64,000 bases of DNA from Tagaea sp. GTDB lineage: Bacteria > Pseudomonadota > Alphaproteobacteria > CACIAM-22H2. Location: the NCBI GenBank assembly GCA_965279525.1, contig CBDIIB010000005.1:544001-608000 (forward strand), in the 5' to 3' direction. Below, piece after piece: positions 41,687 to 52,026 of this stretch. The first letter of the stretch is position 1, and each line of letters opens with the position of its first letter. The notes beneath the pieces are model-generated. The model was not told the DNA's origin, did no database searches, and was given only the letters and a program-made list of their open reading frames with translations. Position numbers and translations under genes: made by a program.

Positions 41687-42702
41687 GCCGAAACGAACTT
41701 CCACACGCCGTCCGCATCGCGCAAGCGCCGTGCCTGGCCGCGGCTTTCGATCAGGTGCAGGTGGGCGAGCGCTTCGCCGGTGGCGAGGCCCACATTGTGC
41801 GGGCCGATCTCGCGCCGGAACAGCAGCTTGAAGCAGTCGACGGCGCTGAGGCCTTCGGGGCGCTCGACCATCGCGGCGAGCAGCACGTCAAGGCGTTCTT
41901 CGTGGTGCGCGCGGATCGCCGCAATGCGGCCGTGCACGCCGCGATACGGGAAGCCGTGCGCCGGAAGCACCAGCGTGTCATCGGGCAGATGCGCGAAGCC
42001 GTCGAGGCACGCAAGATAGTCGTGCAGCGGATTGGCCATCGGCTCGGCCGGCCACACGCCGATATTGGGCGTGATGCGCGGCAGCAGGATGTCGCCGCCG
42101 ATCAGCACGCCGCGGGCCTTCGACCACAGGCACGCATGCTCGGGGCAGTGGCCGCGCCCGATGATCGGCTGCCAGTCCTCGTTGCCGACGCGCAGATCCA
42201 TGCGCGCATGGATGCGCCGGTAATGGGCGGGCAGTTCGGGCACGCCGCGCCGGTAGATGTTGTCGGGGCTGGCGAAGGGGCCGATCGCGTCGGGGCCGAT
42301 GCCGTTGGCGGTGTAGAACGCGACCTTGTGCGCGATGTCGGCGGGCGCGCCCTGCGCGTGGATGGCGCGCGCGGTGTAGTATTCGCCAAGCGTCGTCCAC
42401 AGCTCCACGCCGAAGCGTTCGCACAGCCACGCGGCGAGGCCCATGTGGTCGGGATGGAAATGCGTGCAGATGACGCGGCTGATCGTGTCGTCGCCGATCG
42501 CCGACAGCCAGTGCGCCTTGGTGTCCTCGCGCGAAAGCCCGGTATCCACGATGGCCGTGCCGGCGGCACCGTCGTCGAGCAGCCACAGGTTTATGTGGTC
42601 GGGCGGGAACGGCAGCGGCATGCGCACCCAGCGCAGGCCCGGCTGGATTTCCAGCGTGCCGCCCGGCTGGGGCGGCGTCTCGTGCGCGTAGGCGACGCTC
42701 AT
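41683..42702 (-). CDS. MBL-fold metallo-hydrolase
   Basis: THFHPDHMG, GHCPEH, GD and PAHG motifs. Confidence 0.9.
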   Translation of the reverse strand: MSVAYAHETPPQPGGTLEIQPGLRWVRMPLPFPPDHINLWLLDDGAAGTAIVDTGLSREDTKAHWLSAIGDDTISRVICTHFHPDHMGLAAWLCERFGVELWTTLGEYYTARAIHAQGAPADIAHKVAFYTANGIGPDAIGPFASPDNIYRRGVPELPAHYRRIHARMDLRVGNEDWQPIIGRGHCPEHACLWSKARGVLIGGDILLPRITPNIGVWPAEPMANPLHDYLACLDGFAHLPDDTLVLPAHGFPYRGVHGRIAAIRAHHEERLDVLLAAMVERPEGLSAVDCFKLLFRREIGPHNVGLATGEALAHLHLIESRGQARRLRDADGVWKFVSA

Positions 42703-43973
42703 TTCTTTCCGGCGATCTGCCAGCCGATGTCGCGCCGGCAGAAACCTTCGGGCCAGTCGATCTTGTCGACGGCCGCATAGGCCTGCGTCTGCGCCGCTTT
42801 CGCGTCCCTGCCGCGCCCGACGATGCCGAGCACGCGCCCGCCATTGGCAAGCACGCGCGGCCCGTCCTGCTTCGTGCCGGCATGGAAAACCGTCACGCCG
42901 GGCACCTTGGCCGCTTCGCCGAGCCCCTTTATCTCGGTGCCCTTCTTCGGCGTTTCAGGATAGCCCTCGGCCGCCATCACGACGCAGAGCGCGGTGTCGT
43001 CGTGCCAGCGCAGTTCGAAACGGTCGAGCCCGCCGTCGGCCGACGCGATCAACGCGGGCAGCACGTCGGACTTCAGGCGCGGGATCAGGACCTGGGTTTC
43101 CGGATCGCCGAAACGCACGTTGAACTCGATGAGCTGCGGCCCCTTCGCCCCGATCATCAGGCCGACGAACAGCACGCCCTTGAAGGGGCTGCCTTCCTTC
43201 CTCATGCCGGCGAGCGTGGGAAGGACGATCTCGTCCATCACCCGCTTCTGCATGGCACCGTCGCACACGGGCGTGGGCGAATAGGCCCCCATGCCGCCGG
43301 TATTCGGGCCGGTGTCGCCGTCGCCCACGCGCTTGTGGTCCTGGGCGGCAGCGAGCGGCAGCGCGTTCGTGCCGTCGCACAGCGCGAAGAAGCTCGCTTC
43401 CACGCCGTCGAGGAAGCCTTCGATGACGAGTTCGGCGCCGGCCGCCCCGAAGCGCTTGTCGAGCATCGAGGCATCGATTGCGGCGAGCGCTTCTTCGACC
43501 GTCGTCGCCACGACCACGCCCTTGCCCGCGGCAAGCCCGTCGGTCTTCACGACGATGGGCGCGCCTTGCGCATGCACATACGCGATGGCCTTGTCGCGGT
43601 CGGTGAAGCGCGCATAGGCCGCGGTGGGAACACCGTGGCGCGCGCAGAAATCCTTCATGAAGCCCTTGGAGCCTTCAAGCCGCGCGGCCGCCGCGTTCGG
43701 CCCGAACGCCTTGATGCCGGCGGCGGCGAGCCGGTCGACGAGCCCGGCCGCCAGCGGGTCTTCGGGGCCGACGACGACGAAGTCGATCTTCTCGCGCTTC
43801 GCGAGATCCACGATGCCGTCAAGATCCATCGCCGCGACCGGCACGCATTCGGCCTCGGCCGCGATCCCGGCATTGCCGGGCGCACAGAACAGCTTGGTGC
43901 ATAGCGGCGATGCCGCGATCGACCAGCACAGCGCATGTTCGCGCCCGCCCGAACCGACGACCAGGATCCGCAT
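42699..43973 (-). CDS. purD: Phosphoribosylamine--glycine ligase
   Basis: GSGGREHA, GLAAGKGV, QDHKR, NTGGMGAY and EFNVRFGDPE motifs. Confidence 0.97.
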   Translation of the reverse strand: MRILVVGSGGREHALCWSIAASPLCTKLFCAPGNAGIAAEAECVPVAAMDLDGIVDLAKREKIDFVVVGPEDPLAAGLVDRLAAAGIKAFGPNAAAARLEGSKGFMKDFCARHGVPTAAYARFTDRDKAIAYVHAQGAPIVVKTDGLAAGKGVVVATTVEEALAAIDASMLDKRFGAAGAELVIEGFLDGVEASFFALCDGTNALPLAAAQDHKRVGDGDTGPNTGGMGAYSPTPVCDGAMQKRVMDEIVLPTLAGMRKEGSPFKGVLFVGLMIGAKGPQLIEFNVRFGDPETQVLIPRLKSDVLPALIASADGGLDRFELRWHDDTALCVVMAAEGYPETPKKGTEIKGLGEAAKVPGVTVFHAGTKQDGPRVLANGGRVLGIVGRGRDAKAAQTQAYAAVDKIDWPEGFCRRDIGWQIAGKK

Positions 43974-44034
43974 CCGACTCGGCACTCCCGCTATTCAAAC
44001 CGCACGGCTTGTATCATAAAGGCAGGACAACGCC

Positions 44035-45504
44035 ATGACCGACCCGCGCGGCAACCTGCCGGAATATTCCGTCTCCGAACTGTCCCAGGCCGTCAAACGC
44101 ACGGTCGAGGACAATTTCGAGATCGTGCGCGTGCGCGGCGAGATTTCCGGCTTCAAGCGCCACTCGTCGGGCCATCTCTATTTCTCGCTGAAGGACGCCG
44201 ATGCCGCCATCGACGGCGTGTGCTGGCGCGGCTCGGCCGGCAAGCTCGGCATCAAGCCCGAGGACGGCATGGAGGTCGTCGCGACCGGGCGGCTGACCAC
44301 CTATCCCGGCCGCTCGAAATACCAGATCGTCGTCGAGCGCATGGAACTGGCGGGCCAGGGTGCGCTGCTCAAGCTCATCGAGGACCGCAAGAAGCGTCTG
44401 GCGGCCGAAGGCCTGTTCGACTCGGGGCGCAAGCGCCGCCTGCCCTACCTGCCCGACGTCATCGGCGTCATCACGTCGCCGACCGGGGCGGTGATCCGCG
44501 ACATCCTGCACCGCCTCGCCGACCGCTTTCCGCGCCACGTCATCGTGTGGCCGGTCGCAGTACAAGGCGAAGGCGCGGCCGAGCAGGTCGCGACCGCGAT
44601 CCGCGGCTTCAACGCGCTCGTGCCCGGCGGCAAGGTGCCGCGCCCGGATGTGCTGATCGTCGCGCGCGGCGGCGGCAGCCTTGAAGACCTGATGGCCTTC
44701 AACGAGGAGATCGTCGTGCGCGCGGCGGCGGAAAGCGAGATCCCGCTGGTCTCCGCCGTCGGCCACGAGACCGACACGACGCTGATCGATTTCGCGTCGG
44801 ACGTGCGCGCCCCCACGCCGACCGCCGCCGCCGAGATGGTGGTACCCGTGCGCCAGGAACTGGCCGCCCGCATCGCGCGCGCCGGCGCCACGCTGGAAGC
44901 CAGCCTCGAACGCACGCTCGACGAGCGGCGCACGCGCATCGCCGCTGCCGCGCGCGCGCTGGGCGATCCCAAGCGGATGCTCGACGAGCGCGCACAGCGC
45001 GTGGACGAGCGCGGCGAACGGCTGAAGTTGGCAATCGTCGCCAGCCTCGATGCGCGCCGCCGCCGTACGCTGGAGCTGGGGGCGCGCCTGCCCGATCCCA
45101 AGACGCAGCTTGAACGCGCACGCGGCCAGTTGCTGCGCCTCGGCGGCTCGCTTGCCGCCAACGCGGGTGCCCGCAAGACCGCACTGGCGCGCGAAACCAC
45201 GCATCTGGTCGATCTGCTGGGGCGCGCGAAAGCAGGCTCGCTGCGCGGGCTCGACACGCGCGGCCAGCGCGTGAAATCGCTGGGCGAGCTGCTGGAAAGC
45301 TTCTCCTATAAGAAAGTGCTCGAACGCGGCTTCGCGCTCGTCAGCGACGCCGACGGCAAACCGATCCAATCCGTCACGAAGGCGAAGCCGGGTGCCGCCG
45401 TCACGCTCACCTTCGCCGACGGCAAGGCGGGCGCGACCATCGACGGTGAGAAAAAGAAGCACGGCCCCGGCACGCCGCCCGCCAAGCAAGGCTCGCTGCT
45501 GTGA
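44035..45504 (+). CDS. xseA: Exodeoxyribonuclease VII large subunit
   Basis: SGHLYFSLKD, RGGGSLEDL, GHETD and APTPTAAAE motifs. Confidence 0.96.
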   Translation: MTDPRGNLPEYSVSELSQAVKRTVEDNFEIVRVRGEISGFKRHSSGHLYFSLKDADAAIDGVCWRGSAGKLGIKPEDGMEVVATGRLTTYPGRSKYQIVVERMELAGQGALLKLIEDRKKRLAAEGLFDSGRKRRLPYLPDVIGVITSPTGAVIRDILHRLADRFPRHVIVWPVAVQGEGAAEQVATAIRGFNALVPGGKVPRPDVLIVARGGGSLEDLMAFNEEIVVRAAAESEIPLVSAVGHETDTTLIDFASDVRAPTPTAAAEMVVPVRQELAARIARAGATLEASLERTLDERRTRIAAAARALGDPKRMLDERAQRVDERGERLKLAIVASLDARRRRTLELGARLPDPKTQLERARGQLLRLGGSLAANAGARKTALARETTHLVDLLGRAKAGSLRGLDTRGQRVKSLGELLESFSYKKVLERGFALVSDADGKPIQSVTKAKPGAAVTLTFADGKAGATIDGEKKKHGPGTPPAKQGSLL

Positions 45505-46307
45505 AACGCCTCGCGGTGCTGCTCGCACTGCTCGCGGTCCCGGCGGGCGCACAGGAGGTGCGCTTCGAAGGGCAGTTCGTGCAAGGCGGGCTCGTTTTCG
45601 GCACCACGCAACCCGGCGCTTCCGTCGCCCTCGACGGGCAGGCCGTGCGCGTGTCGCAAGGCGGGCGCTTCGTCATCGGCTTCGCGCGCGAAGCGCCGCG
45701 CGCCGCACGGCTCGACGTTTCGGCCGGCGGTGCGGGTCGCACGATCGAGCTTGCGATCGCCGCGCGCCGCTTCGACATCCAGCGCATCGATGGCCTGCCG
45801 GAAGCGAAAGTCACACCCGATCCCGCAGCACTGGCGCGCATCGCGGCGGAGAACGTGAAGCTCGTCGCGGCCCGCCGGCGCGACACGCCCGAAGCCCTGT
45901 TCGCCGGCGGTTTCCGCTGGCCGGCCACGGGGCCGATCAGCGGCGTCTATGGCAGCCAGCGCATCCTGAACGGCCAGCCGCGCGCCCCGCATCTGGGCGT
46001 GGACGTGGCGCGCCCGACCGGCACGCCCGTCGTGGCGGCGGCCGACGGGATCGTGTCGCTTGCCGAGCCCGATCTTTTCTTCACCGGCGGCACGCTGGTC
46101 ATCGACCATGGCCATGGGTTGAGCTCGATCTACGCGCACCTGTCGCGCATCGATGTCGGCCTGGGCCGGCGCGTGCGGCAGGGCGAGCCGGTCGCGGCCA
46201 TCGGCGCCACCGGGCGCGTGACGGGTGCGCATCTGCACTGGGGCCTGACCTGGTTCGACGTGCGCCTCGACCCCGCCCTCGTCGTGCCGCCGATGCCGGC
46301 GGACTGA
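45501..46307 (+). CDS. M23-family metallopeptidase
   Basis: HLGVD, YAHL and HLHW motifs; signal peptide. Confidence 0.92.
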   Translation: MKRLAVLLALLAVPAGAQEVRFEGQFVQGGLVFGTTQPGASVALDGQAVRVSQGGRFVIGFAREAPRAARLDVSAGGAGRTIELAIAARRFDIQRIDGLPEAKVTPDPAALARIAAENVKLVAARRRDTPEALFAGGFRWPATGPISGVYGSQRILNGQPRAPHLGVDVARPTGTPVVAAADGIVSLAEPDLFFTGGTLVIDHGHGLSSIYAHLSRIDVGLGRRVRQGEPVAAIGATGRVTGAHLHWGLTWFDVRLDPALVVPPMPAD

Positions 46308-46308
46308 C

Positions 46309-46773
46309 ATGACGGCGACCTTCCGCCCCGCCCGCACCGACGAAGGACCGCTGCTGCGCGAGATCACGCGCATCGCCTATGCCAAGTGGGTCGAACCCAT
46401 CGGCCGCGAGCCGCGCCCGATGGTGGCCGACCACGACGCGGCCGTGCGCGAGCATCTCGTCGAGTTCGTCGAGATGGACGGCAAGGTCGTGGCCGCCGTC
46501 GAACTCGTGCCGCAGGAGGGTTACCTGCTGGTCGAAAACATCGCCGTGCGGCCCGAGGCCCAACGCCGCGGGCTTGGCGACACGATCCTCGAACGCGCCG
46601 AACAGGTCGCGCGCGAACTGAAGTTGCCGGTCATGCGCCTTTATACGCACAGCCGCATGGGCACGAATGTCGACTGGTACCTGAAGCGCGGCTACGCGAT
46701 CGAACGCGAGGAACCGTTCGGCAACGGCAATCGCGTCCACTTCGTCAAGACGCTGCCGGTGCAGGTCGCCTAG
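46309..46773 (+). CDS. GNAT acetyltransferase
   Basis: ENIAVRPEAQRRGLG; N..WY.KRGY. Confidence 0.88.
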   Translation: MTATFRPARTDEGPLLREITRIAYAKWVEPIGREPRPMVADHDAAVREHLVEFVEMDGKVVAAVELVPQEGYLLVENIAVRPEAQRRGLGDTILERAEQVARELKLPVMRLYTHSRMGTNVDWYLKRGYAIEREEPFGNGNRVHFVKTLPVQVA

Positions 46774-47501
46774 ACCAGCGGTACGCTGTGCATCAGCGCG
46801 ATGGCGTTGCGGTCCACGCGCAGCGCGCGCATGTCCGCCTGGCGGATGCCGTCGGTTTCCTCGGCGATCGCACGCACTGCATCGCGCTGGGCGATCGAGG
46901 CGACGATGCCCGAGAGCGACGCGACACCCTTGGCGACCGCAACCGAGACCATCGTGCTGCCGATCCACGGTTCGCGCGCGATGCGCTTGCGGATCGCCGC
47001 CGCGGCCGCGGCATCGTCGGCGGCATGGACGGCGACCTTGTCGTCGGCCGAGCGGACGAAGGCGGCGACGATGTCGGCGCGCGAGACCACGCCGACGACC
47101 TTGCCTTCGTCGACGATCGGGATGCGCTTGACCTTGTGCTGTTCCATCAGCTCGGCCAGCGCCACGACCGGCGTGCCGGGGGTGGCGAAGACGCAGCTGC
47201 GCGTCATCACGTCGGCCACGCGCCGCCCGTGCGCGCGCGCATACTGGCGAGCAAGGTCGCGGTCGGGCACGAGCAGGTTGAGCCACCACGAACCCTTCTT
47301 GCGCGATCCCAATTCGGCGCGGTGCACGAGATCGCCCTCGCTGACGATCCCGAGCAGCCGCTTCTTCGAATCGAGGACCAACAGCGCGCTGACCTTGCGC
47401 TTGAGCATGAATTCGGCCGCCAGCCGCACGCCGGCACCCGGCGCGATGGCGGCAAGCTTCGTCGACATGATGTCGCTGGCGAGAAGGGTCCTGGTGGCCA
47501 T
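46770..47501 (-). CDS. CBS-pair plus BON domain protein
   Basis: GIVSEGDL, VADVMT, VKRIPIV and a C-terminal BON-like segment. Confidence 0.88.
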   Translation of the reverse strand: MATRTLLASDIMSTKLAAIAPGAGVRLAAEFMLKRKVSALLVLDSKKRLLGIVSEGDLVHRAELGSRKKGSWWLNLLVPDRDLARQYARAHGRRVADVMTRSCVFATPGTPVVALAELMEQHKVKRIPIVDEGKVVGVVSRADIVAAFVRSADDKVAVHAADDAAAAAAIRKRIAREPWIGSTMVSVAVAKGVASLSGIVASIAQRDAVRAIAEETDGIRQADMRALRVDRNAIALMHSVPLV

Positions 47502-47569
47502 GGCGCGTTCCTCCGGTTTTTCGTATCCGGTATAGATAGGAACGCGCGGGCCGTTTCGGTAGTGGCCGC

Positions 47570-49240
47570 TCAGGCGTCGGGGAGCTGGCGGGCATCCGCG
47601 ACGACGCGCACGGCGAGCGTGCCCTGCCGGCCGCGGATGTCCGTTGTCGCCTCGGGAAATGCAGACAGGTCGAGCCCGCTTGCCGCCACCGCGTCGGCCG
47701 AAAGCAGCAACTCCGCACCGAATTTCTTGGTCAGCGCTTCAAGCCGGCTGGCGGTATTGACCGTATCGCCGATGGCGGTGAACTGGCGCGCCTGCGCGTA
47801 GCCCATCTCGCCGACGATGGCCGGTCCCGTATGGATGCCGATGCCGATGCGCAACGGCGCCGGCAGGTCGTGCGACAGCGCGTCGTTCAGCGCCACGAGC
47901 CGTTCGATCATCGCCTTGGCGCCCGCGATCGCCTCGCGCGTGCCCTTGGCGGGGCCGCTTTCCACGCCGAACAGCGCCACGATGCCGTCACCGACGAACT
48001 TGTCGAGCCGCCCGCCGGATTTTTCGATGGCGGCCCCCATCTCGGCGAAATAGCGGTTGAGCAGGAACACGACGTCGTAGGGAAGCTTGGATTCCGACAG
48101 CGTGGTGAAGCCGCGCAGGTCGGCGAACATCACGGCGATGGTTTTTTCGCTGCCGGCGGAATCGCGCTCGGTGCGCCTTGCTGTCTGCGGGCCGGCATTG
48201 GCGGGCAGCAGCGGCAGCACCGCGACGTCGCCGGTGGGCCGCGCCTGGCAGGCCAGCCGCACGCCGGGCGGAGCGCCCACGCGTGCCAGCACGGCAAGTT
48301 CCTCGGGTGCAGCGGGCGGAACGTTCGCCTCGCCGCGCTCGATGCGCACGCGGCAGGTCGAGCAGCGCCCGCGCCCGCCGCACACGGAAGCATGTGCGAT
48401 TCGGGCCGACCGGCTCGCGTCGAGGATCGTCGCCCCCAGCGGCTGCACGACGACCTGCCCGTCGGGATAGGCGACCGCGAAGCGCCCGGCGCGATGCTCG
48501 GCCCAGTCGCGCACGCGGCGTGCGGCGAGCGCGCCCGCGATGGCCAGCGCCCAGACGAGATAGATCCAGTCCTTGATCGTCCCGAGCAGCGCCTGGCCGG
48601 CCGCGTCCGGCATCCGATAGCGCTGCGGCAGGCCTGCGCGCCACGCGGGGTCGGCATAGAGGGCCGCCACCTCGCGCGCACCGGCCTGATAGCCCGCGAT
48701 CGCGGCGGTCGCCAGCACCACCGCGAGGCCGAACAGGATCAGGCGCACGCGCGGATAGAAGGGCTTGAGGCGCAGCCAGTAGTGCATGCCGATGCAGCCA
48801 TGCGTCCACGCGAGCACGAGACCGCCCACGATCATCATTCCGCCGAGCGGATCGAAATTCGTGCCGATCAGCACGATCAGCGTGTGGAACGGCGTGGTGT
48901 CGAGCAGGGCGGGGCCAAGGCGTGCCGGCACGACGTGGCTCGCCATCAGCGGGATCACCAGCAGGCCGGCGGCAAGCTGCAGGATCTCGCCACGCGACAT
49001 CGCACGCAGATCACGCCGCGCATAGATCGCATAGAGTGCGAGCGCCAGATGCGTGGCGAGTGCCCCGTAGAGCAGGAACTGCACGGGCCACAGGCGCACG
49101 ATGGCGAACATCACGCCCGCGTAGGCTTCCGCCGCAGCGAGCGAGACCGCCATCGTCGCGTGGTTGGCGAGATGGAACGCGACATAGGTGAACAGCACGA
49201 GCCCGCTGGCAAGGCGCAGCTGGCGCACGGTGAACTTCAC
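47570..49240 (-). CDS. cyaC: Class III adenylate cyclase with His-containing TM anchor and 2Fe-2S ferredoxin (CyaC-like)
   Basis: TM histidines (HLANH, ATHL, SHV, THGCIGMH); CGGRGRCSTC...RLAC; FADLRGFT, DKFVGDG and TAIGDTVNTASRLE. Confidence 0.85.
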   Translation of the reverse strand: MKFTVRQLRLASGLVLFTYVAFHLANHATMAVSLAAAEAYAGVMFAIVRLWPVQFLLYGALATHLALALYAIYARRDLRAMSRGEILQLAAGLLVIPLMASHVVPARLGPALLDTTPFHTLIVLIGTNFDPLGGMMIVGGLVLAWTHGCIGMHYWLRLKPFYPRVRLILFGLAVVLATAAIAGYQAGAREVAALYADPAWRAGLPQRYRMPDAAGQALLGTIKDWIYLVWALAIAGALAARRVRDWAEHRAGRFAVAYPDGQVVVQPLGATILDASRSARIAHASVCGGRGRCSTCRVRIERGEANVPPAAPEELAVLARVGAPPGVRLACQARPTGDVAVLPLLPANAGPQTARRTERDSAGSEKTIAVMFADLRGFTTLSESKLPYDVVFLLNRYFAEMGAAIEKSGGRLDKFVGDGIVALFGVESGPAKGTREAIAGAKAMIERLVALNDALSHDLPAPLRIGIGIHTGPAIVGEMGYAQARQFTAIGDTVNTASRLEALTKKFGAELLLSADAVAASGLDLSAFPEATTDIRGRQGTLAVRVVADARQLPDA

Positions 49241-49962
49241 CGCAGCGCCTCGGCTTCAAGACGTGTCGTCGCCGTCTCGATGCGCTGCTCGAGCTCGCGC
49301 ATGAACGCCGCGCGCGAAAGGCCCGGCTCAATCGGGTCCAGCACCTCGACCACGATGGTGCCCGCGCGCTTGACGAAACTGCGCCGGCCCCAGAAGACGC
49401 CTGAATTGAGCGCCACCGGCACGCAGCCGGCGCCGAGCTTCGAATAGAGGCCCGCCACGCCCGGATGGTAGGGCCAGTCGGCCGTCGATGCCCCCGGCGG
49501 CACGCGTGTACCCTGCGGGAAGATCACGATCTGCTGGCCGCCGGCAATGGCGGCCGTCGCGCGCTCGAGCATCCGCTTCAGCGCCGCCGCCCCGCCCTTG
49601 CGGTCGACCGGGATGTTGCCCTGCTTGTAGGCGAGCCAGCCATAGAGCGGGACCGACAGCAGCTCCTTCTTCATCACGTAGGCCGGATCGGGGCTGATCG
49701 TGTGGAAGATCATCGTGTCCCAAGCCGACTGGTGCTTGGCGGCGATCAGGCCGGGCTTGCGCAGCAACTCGACGCGTCCGCGCAGCTCGTAGCGCAGGCC
49801 ACAGAAGGTCGCGAGACCCCAGGTGAGGCCGCGCATCCACACCTTGCCGACCAGGCACGACCAGCGCCGCGCCATCAGGTGCGTGGGCAGCGTCAGCACG
49901 AGCAGCACCCATGTCAGCGCGAAGAACCAGATGTTGAAGAGCAGCGAACCCACGAACGTCAC
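49237..49962 (-). CDS. plsC: 1-acyl-sn-glycerol-3-phosphate acyltransferase
   Basis: KHQSAWDT, FPQGTR and PVALNSG motifs. Confidence 0.9.
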   Translation of the reverse strand: MTFVGSLLFNIWFFALTWVLLVLTLPTHLMARRWSCLVGKVWMRGLTWGLATFCGLRYELRGRVELLRKPGLIAAKHQSAWDTMIFHTISPDPAYVMKKELLSVPLYGWLAYKQGNIPVDRKGGAAALKRMLERATAAIAGGQQIVIFPQGTRVPPGASTADWPYHPGVAGLYSKLGAGCVPVALNSGVFWGRRSFVKRAGTIVVEVLDPIEPGLSRAAFMRELEQRIETATTRLEAEALR

Positions 49963-50597
49963 GGCGATTCTCCCGGAGCGGCGGCACCCGGTTCGATGCC
50001 GACGGGCGGCACATAGGGCCGCAGCACCGCGACAACATATTTGTGATACTCGGCCTGCACCAGCGCATAGGTGCCGGGCCAGCGCCACCACGCGTCGATG
50101 CGGAAGGCGTCGGGAAACACCGGGTGCGGCACGATCCCGATTTCGGGCATCGCGCGGCGGAACTCCAGCAGCGAGCGGCGCATGTGGTAGTTGGCGGTGA
50201 CGAGCCGCAGGCTCGAATACCCCTCGCGCGCCATCCAGGCCGCCGTTTCGGCGGCATTGCCGAACGTCGAATCGGCCGCGTAGCCGAGCTCGACGCAGCA
50301 TTCGACCGAGTCCGGTTCCTGGCGGGCCACGCGCAGCAGTTCCTGCACGTCCACGCCGCGATAGACGCCCGACACGAGCAGCTTCCTGCCCTTGCCTTCG
50401 GCCAGCAGGCGCAGACCCTCGCGCAGGCGTGCCGGCCCGCCGGTCAGCACGACGATGGCGTCTGTGGTGCGGGTCTCGTCGGCCGCCGCGCGCGGGATCG
50501 TCTGGGCAAACCACGCAAGCCCGCAGAAATAGAGCACGACCGCGCCCGCGATGGCGATCGCGACCCACGCGACCGGCCGGTTCGCGCGGCCCTTCAT
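49959..50597 (-). CDS. YdcF/ElyC (DUF218) protein
   Basis: AIVVLTGG, LLVSGV, NAAE, VTANYHMRR and EYHK motifs. Confidence 0.9.
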   Translation of the reverse strand: MKGRANRPVAWVAIAIAGAVVLYFCGLAWFAQTIPRAAADETRTTDAIVVLTGGPARLREGLRLLAEGKGRKLLVSGVYRGVDVQELLRVARQEPDSVECCVELGYAADSTFGNAAETAAWMAREGYSSLRLVTANYHMRRSLLEFRRAMPEIGIVPHPVFPDAFRIDAWWRWPGTYALVQAEYHKYVVAVLRPYVPPVGIEPGAAAPGESP

Positions 50598-51145
50598 GCG
50601 CTGCCCTTGGACAGCAGCACCTCGACCGCGTCGGCCAGCGTCTCGTGGATCGCGACGGGCAGCGTTTCGGGTGGCAGGCCCTGGGCTTGCGTGCGCGCCC
50701 CATGCCCGGTGCGCACCAGATGGCGCGGGCAGCCGATCGATGCCGCCGCCTGCATGTCGGTCGCCGTGTCGCCGATGAACGGCGTGTCGCGCGCGGCAGC
50801 ACCGAAGCGCTGAAGCGCATCCGTCAGCATGCCGGGGGCGGGCTTGCGGCAGCGCGAGGGCCGGCCGGGCGCATCGGGGCAATGGAAGATCGCGTCGAGC
50901 CGGGCGCGCTCGCGCGCCAGTTCCGAGTACAGCTTCTCGTGGATGCGCGCCAGCATCGCCTCGTCGAAGATGCCGCGCCCGATGGGCGACTGGTTGGTGC
51001 ACACGGCGACAAGGATGCCCGCCGCGTTGAGCCGCGCCACGGCGGCGGCGGCACCCGGCAGCAGCACGAGCTCGCCGGGGTTGCGCACATAGTCCGCGCG
51101 GTCGACGTTCAGCACGCCGTCGCGATCGAGCAGCACGAGCTTCAT
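50594..51145 (-). CDS. gmhB: HAD IIIA D,D-heptose 1,7-bisphosphate phosphatase-like
   Basis: DRDGVLN, TNQS, CRKPAPGM and IGD...D motifs. Confidence 0.85.
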   Translation of the reverse strand: MKLVLLDRDGVLNVDRADYVRNPGELVLLPGAAAAVARLNAAGILVAVCTNQSPIGRGIFDEAMLARIHEKLYSELARERARLDAIFHCPDAPGRPSRCRKPAPGMLTDALQRFGAAARDTPFIGDTATDMQAAASIGCPRHLVRTGHGARTQAQGLPPETLPVAIHETLADAVEVLLSKGSA

Positions 51146-51156
51146 CGCCTGCCGTT

Positions 51157-52026
51157 CTACAGGATACGGCCGAGGTTGCGCATCACCGTCGAATAGGCGG
51201 CGGCCGCCGCCACGACCGTCGCGGCGAGCGGGATGCCGGCCAGCGCTACCCAGTCGAACGCGGTCAGCGCCGGCAGCGGAAAGGCCAGCGTGCCCGCCGA
51301 ACTGGCGATGGAATGCGCCAGTGCGAGCACGGCCGCCCCGCCGAGTGCGCCCGTCGCCGAGCCCGCGAAGGCAAGGCGCATCGCGGCATGCGCGAACTGG
51401 CCGGCAATGTAGCCGTCCTCGGCGCCGACGAGATGCAGGAGATCGACCGCCTCGCGATGCATGGCAAGGCCGGCGCGCGTGGCGAACGCAACGCAGCTTG
51501 CCGCCGCCAGCCCGACCGCGACGACGACGATGGACGCCACGATCAGGGCCGCACGCGCAAGTGCCAGGAACCCGCCCAGCCAGCGCGCATGGTCGTCGAC
51601 CGCCGTACCGGGGACCAAGGCTGCAAGGCGGGCTTCGAGCGCACGCACGTCGGGCGTGGCCCCGTCGCGCAGCTTGACGTCGACGAGACCCGGGATCGGC
51701 AAGCCGGCGAGATTGCCCGCCCCCAGCCACGGGGCCAGCAGCGCTTCGGCCCGGCGCCGGTCGATGGGCTCGACGCGCAGGACCGAAGGATCGGCGCGCA
51801 GTGCGCGCAGGACGGCGGTGTTGTCGGCACCGGCCGGCAGTTCGACCGTCAGCGTGCCCTGGAAGCTCGCCTGCCAGCGCCCGGCGGTGCCGGCAAGTGC
51901 CAGGGCAAGCCCGAGGGCAAGCGTGGCGAGGAAGGCGAGTGCGCCCACCACGGCCGCGATCCAGCGCCGTTCCTTGTCGCGTTCGAGGGCAAGCTCGCCG
52001 CCGAGGCCGAGACGGAAACCGATCAT
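51157..52026 (-). CDS. ftsX: Cell division permease FtsX
   Basis: Four TM layout; LLAPWLG, DDHARW and LLHLVGAEDGYIA motifs; follows ftsE. Confidence 0.88.
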   Translation of the reverse strand: MIGFRLGLGGELALERDKERRWIAAVVGALAFLATLALGLALALAGTAGRWQASFQGTLTVELPAGADNTAVLRALRADPSVLRVEPIDRRRAEALLAPWLGAGNLAGLPIPGLVDVKLRDGATPDVRALEARLAALVPGTAVDDHARWLGGFLALARAALIVASIVVVAVGLAAASCVAFATRAGLAMHREAVDLLHLVGAEDGYIAGQFAHAAMRLAFAGSATGALGGAAVLALAHSIASSAGTLAFPLPALTAFDWVALAGIPLAATVVAAAAAYSTVMRNLGRIL

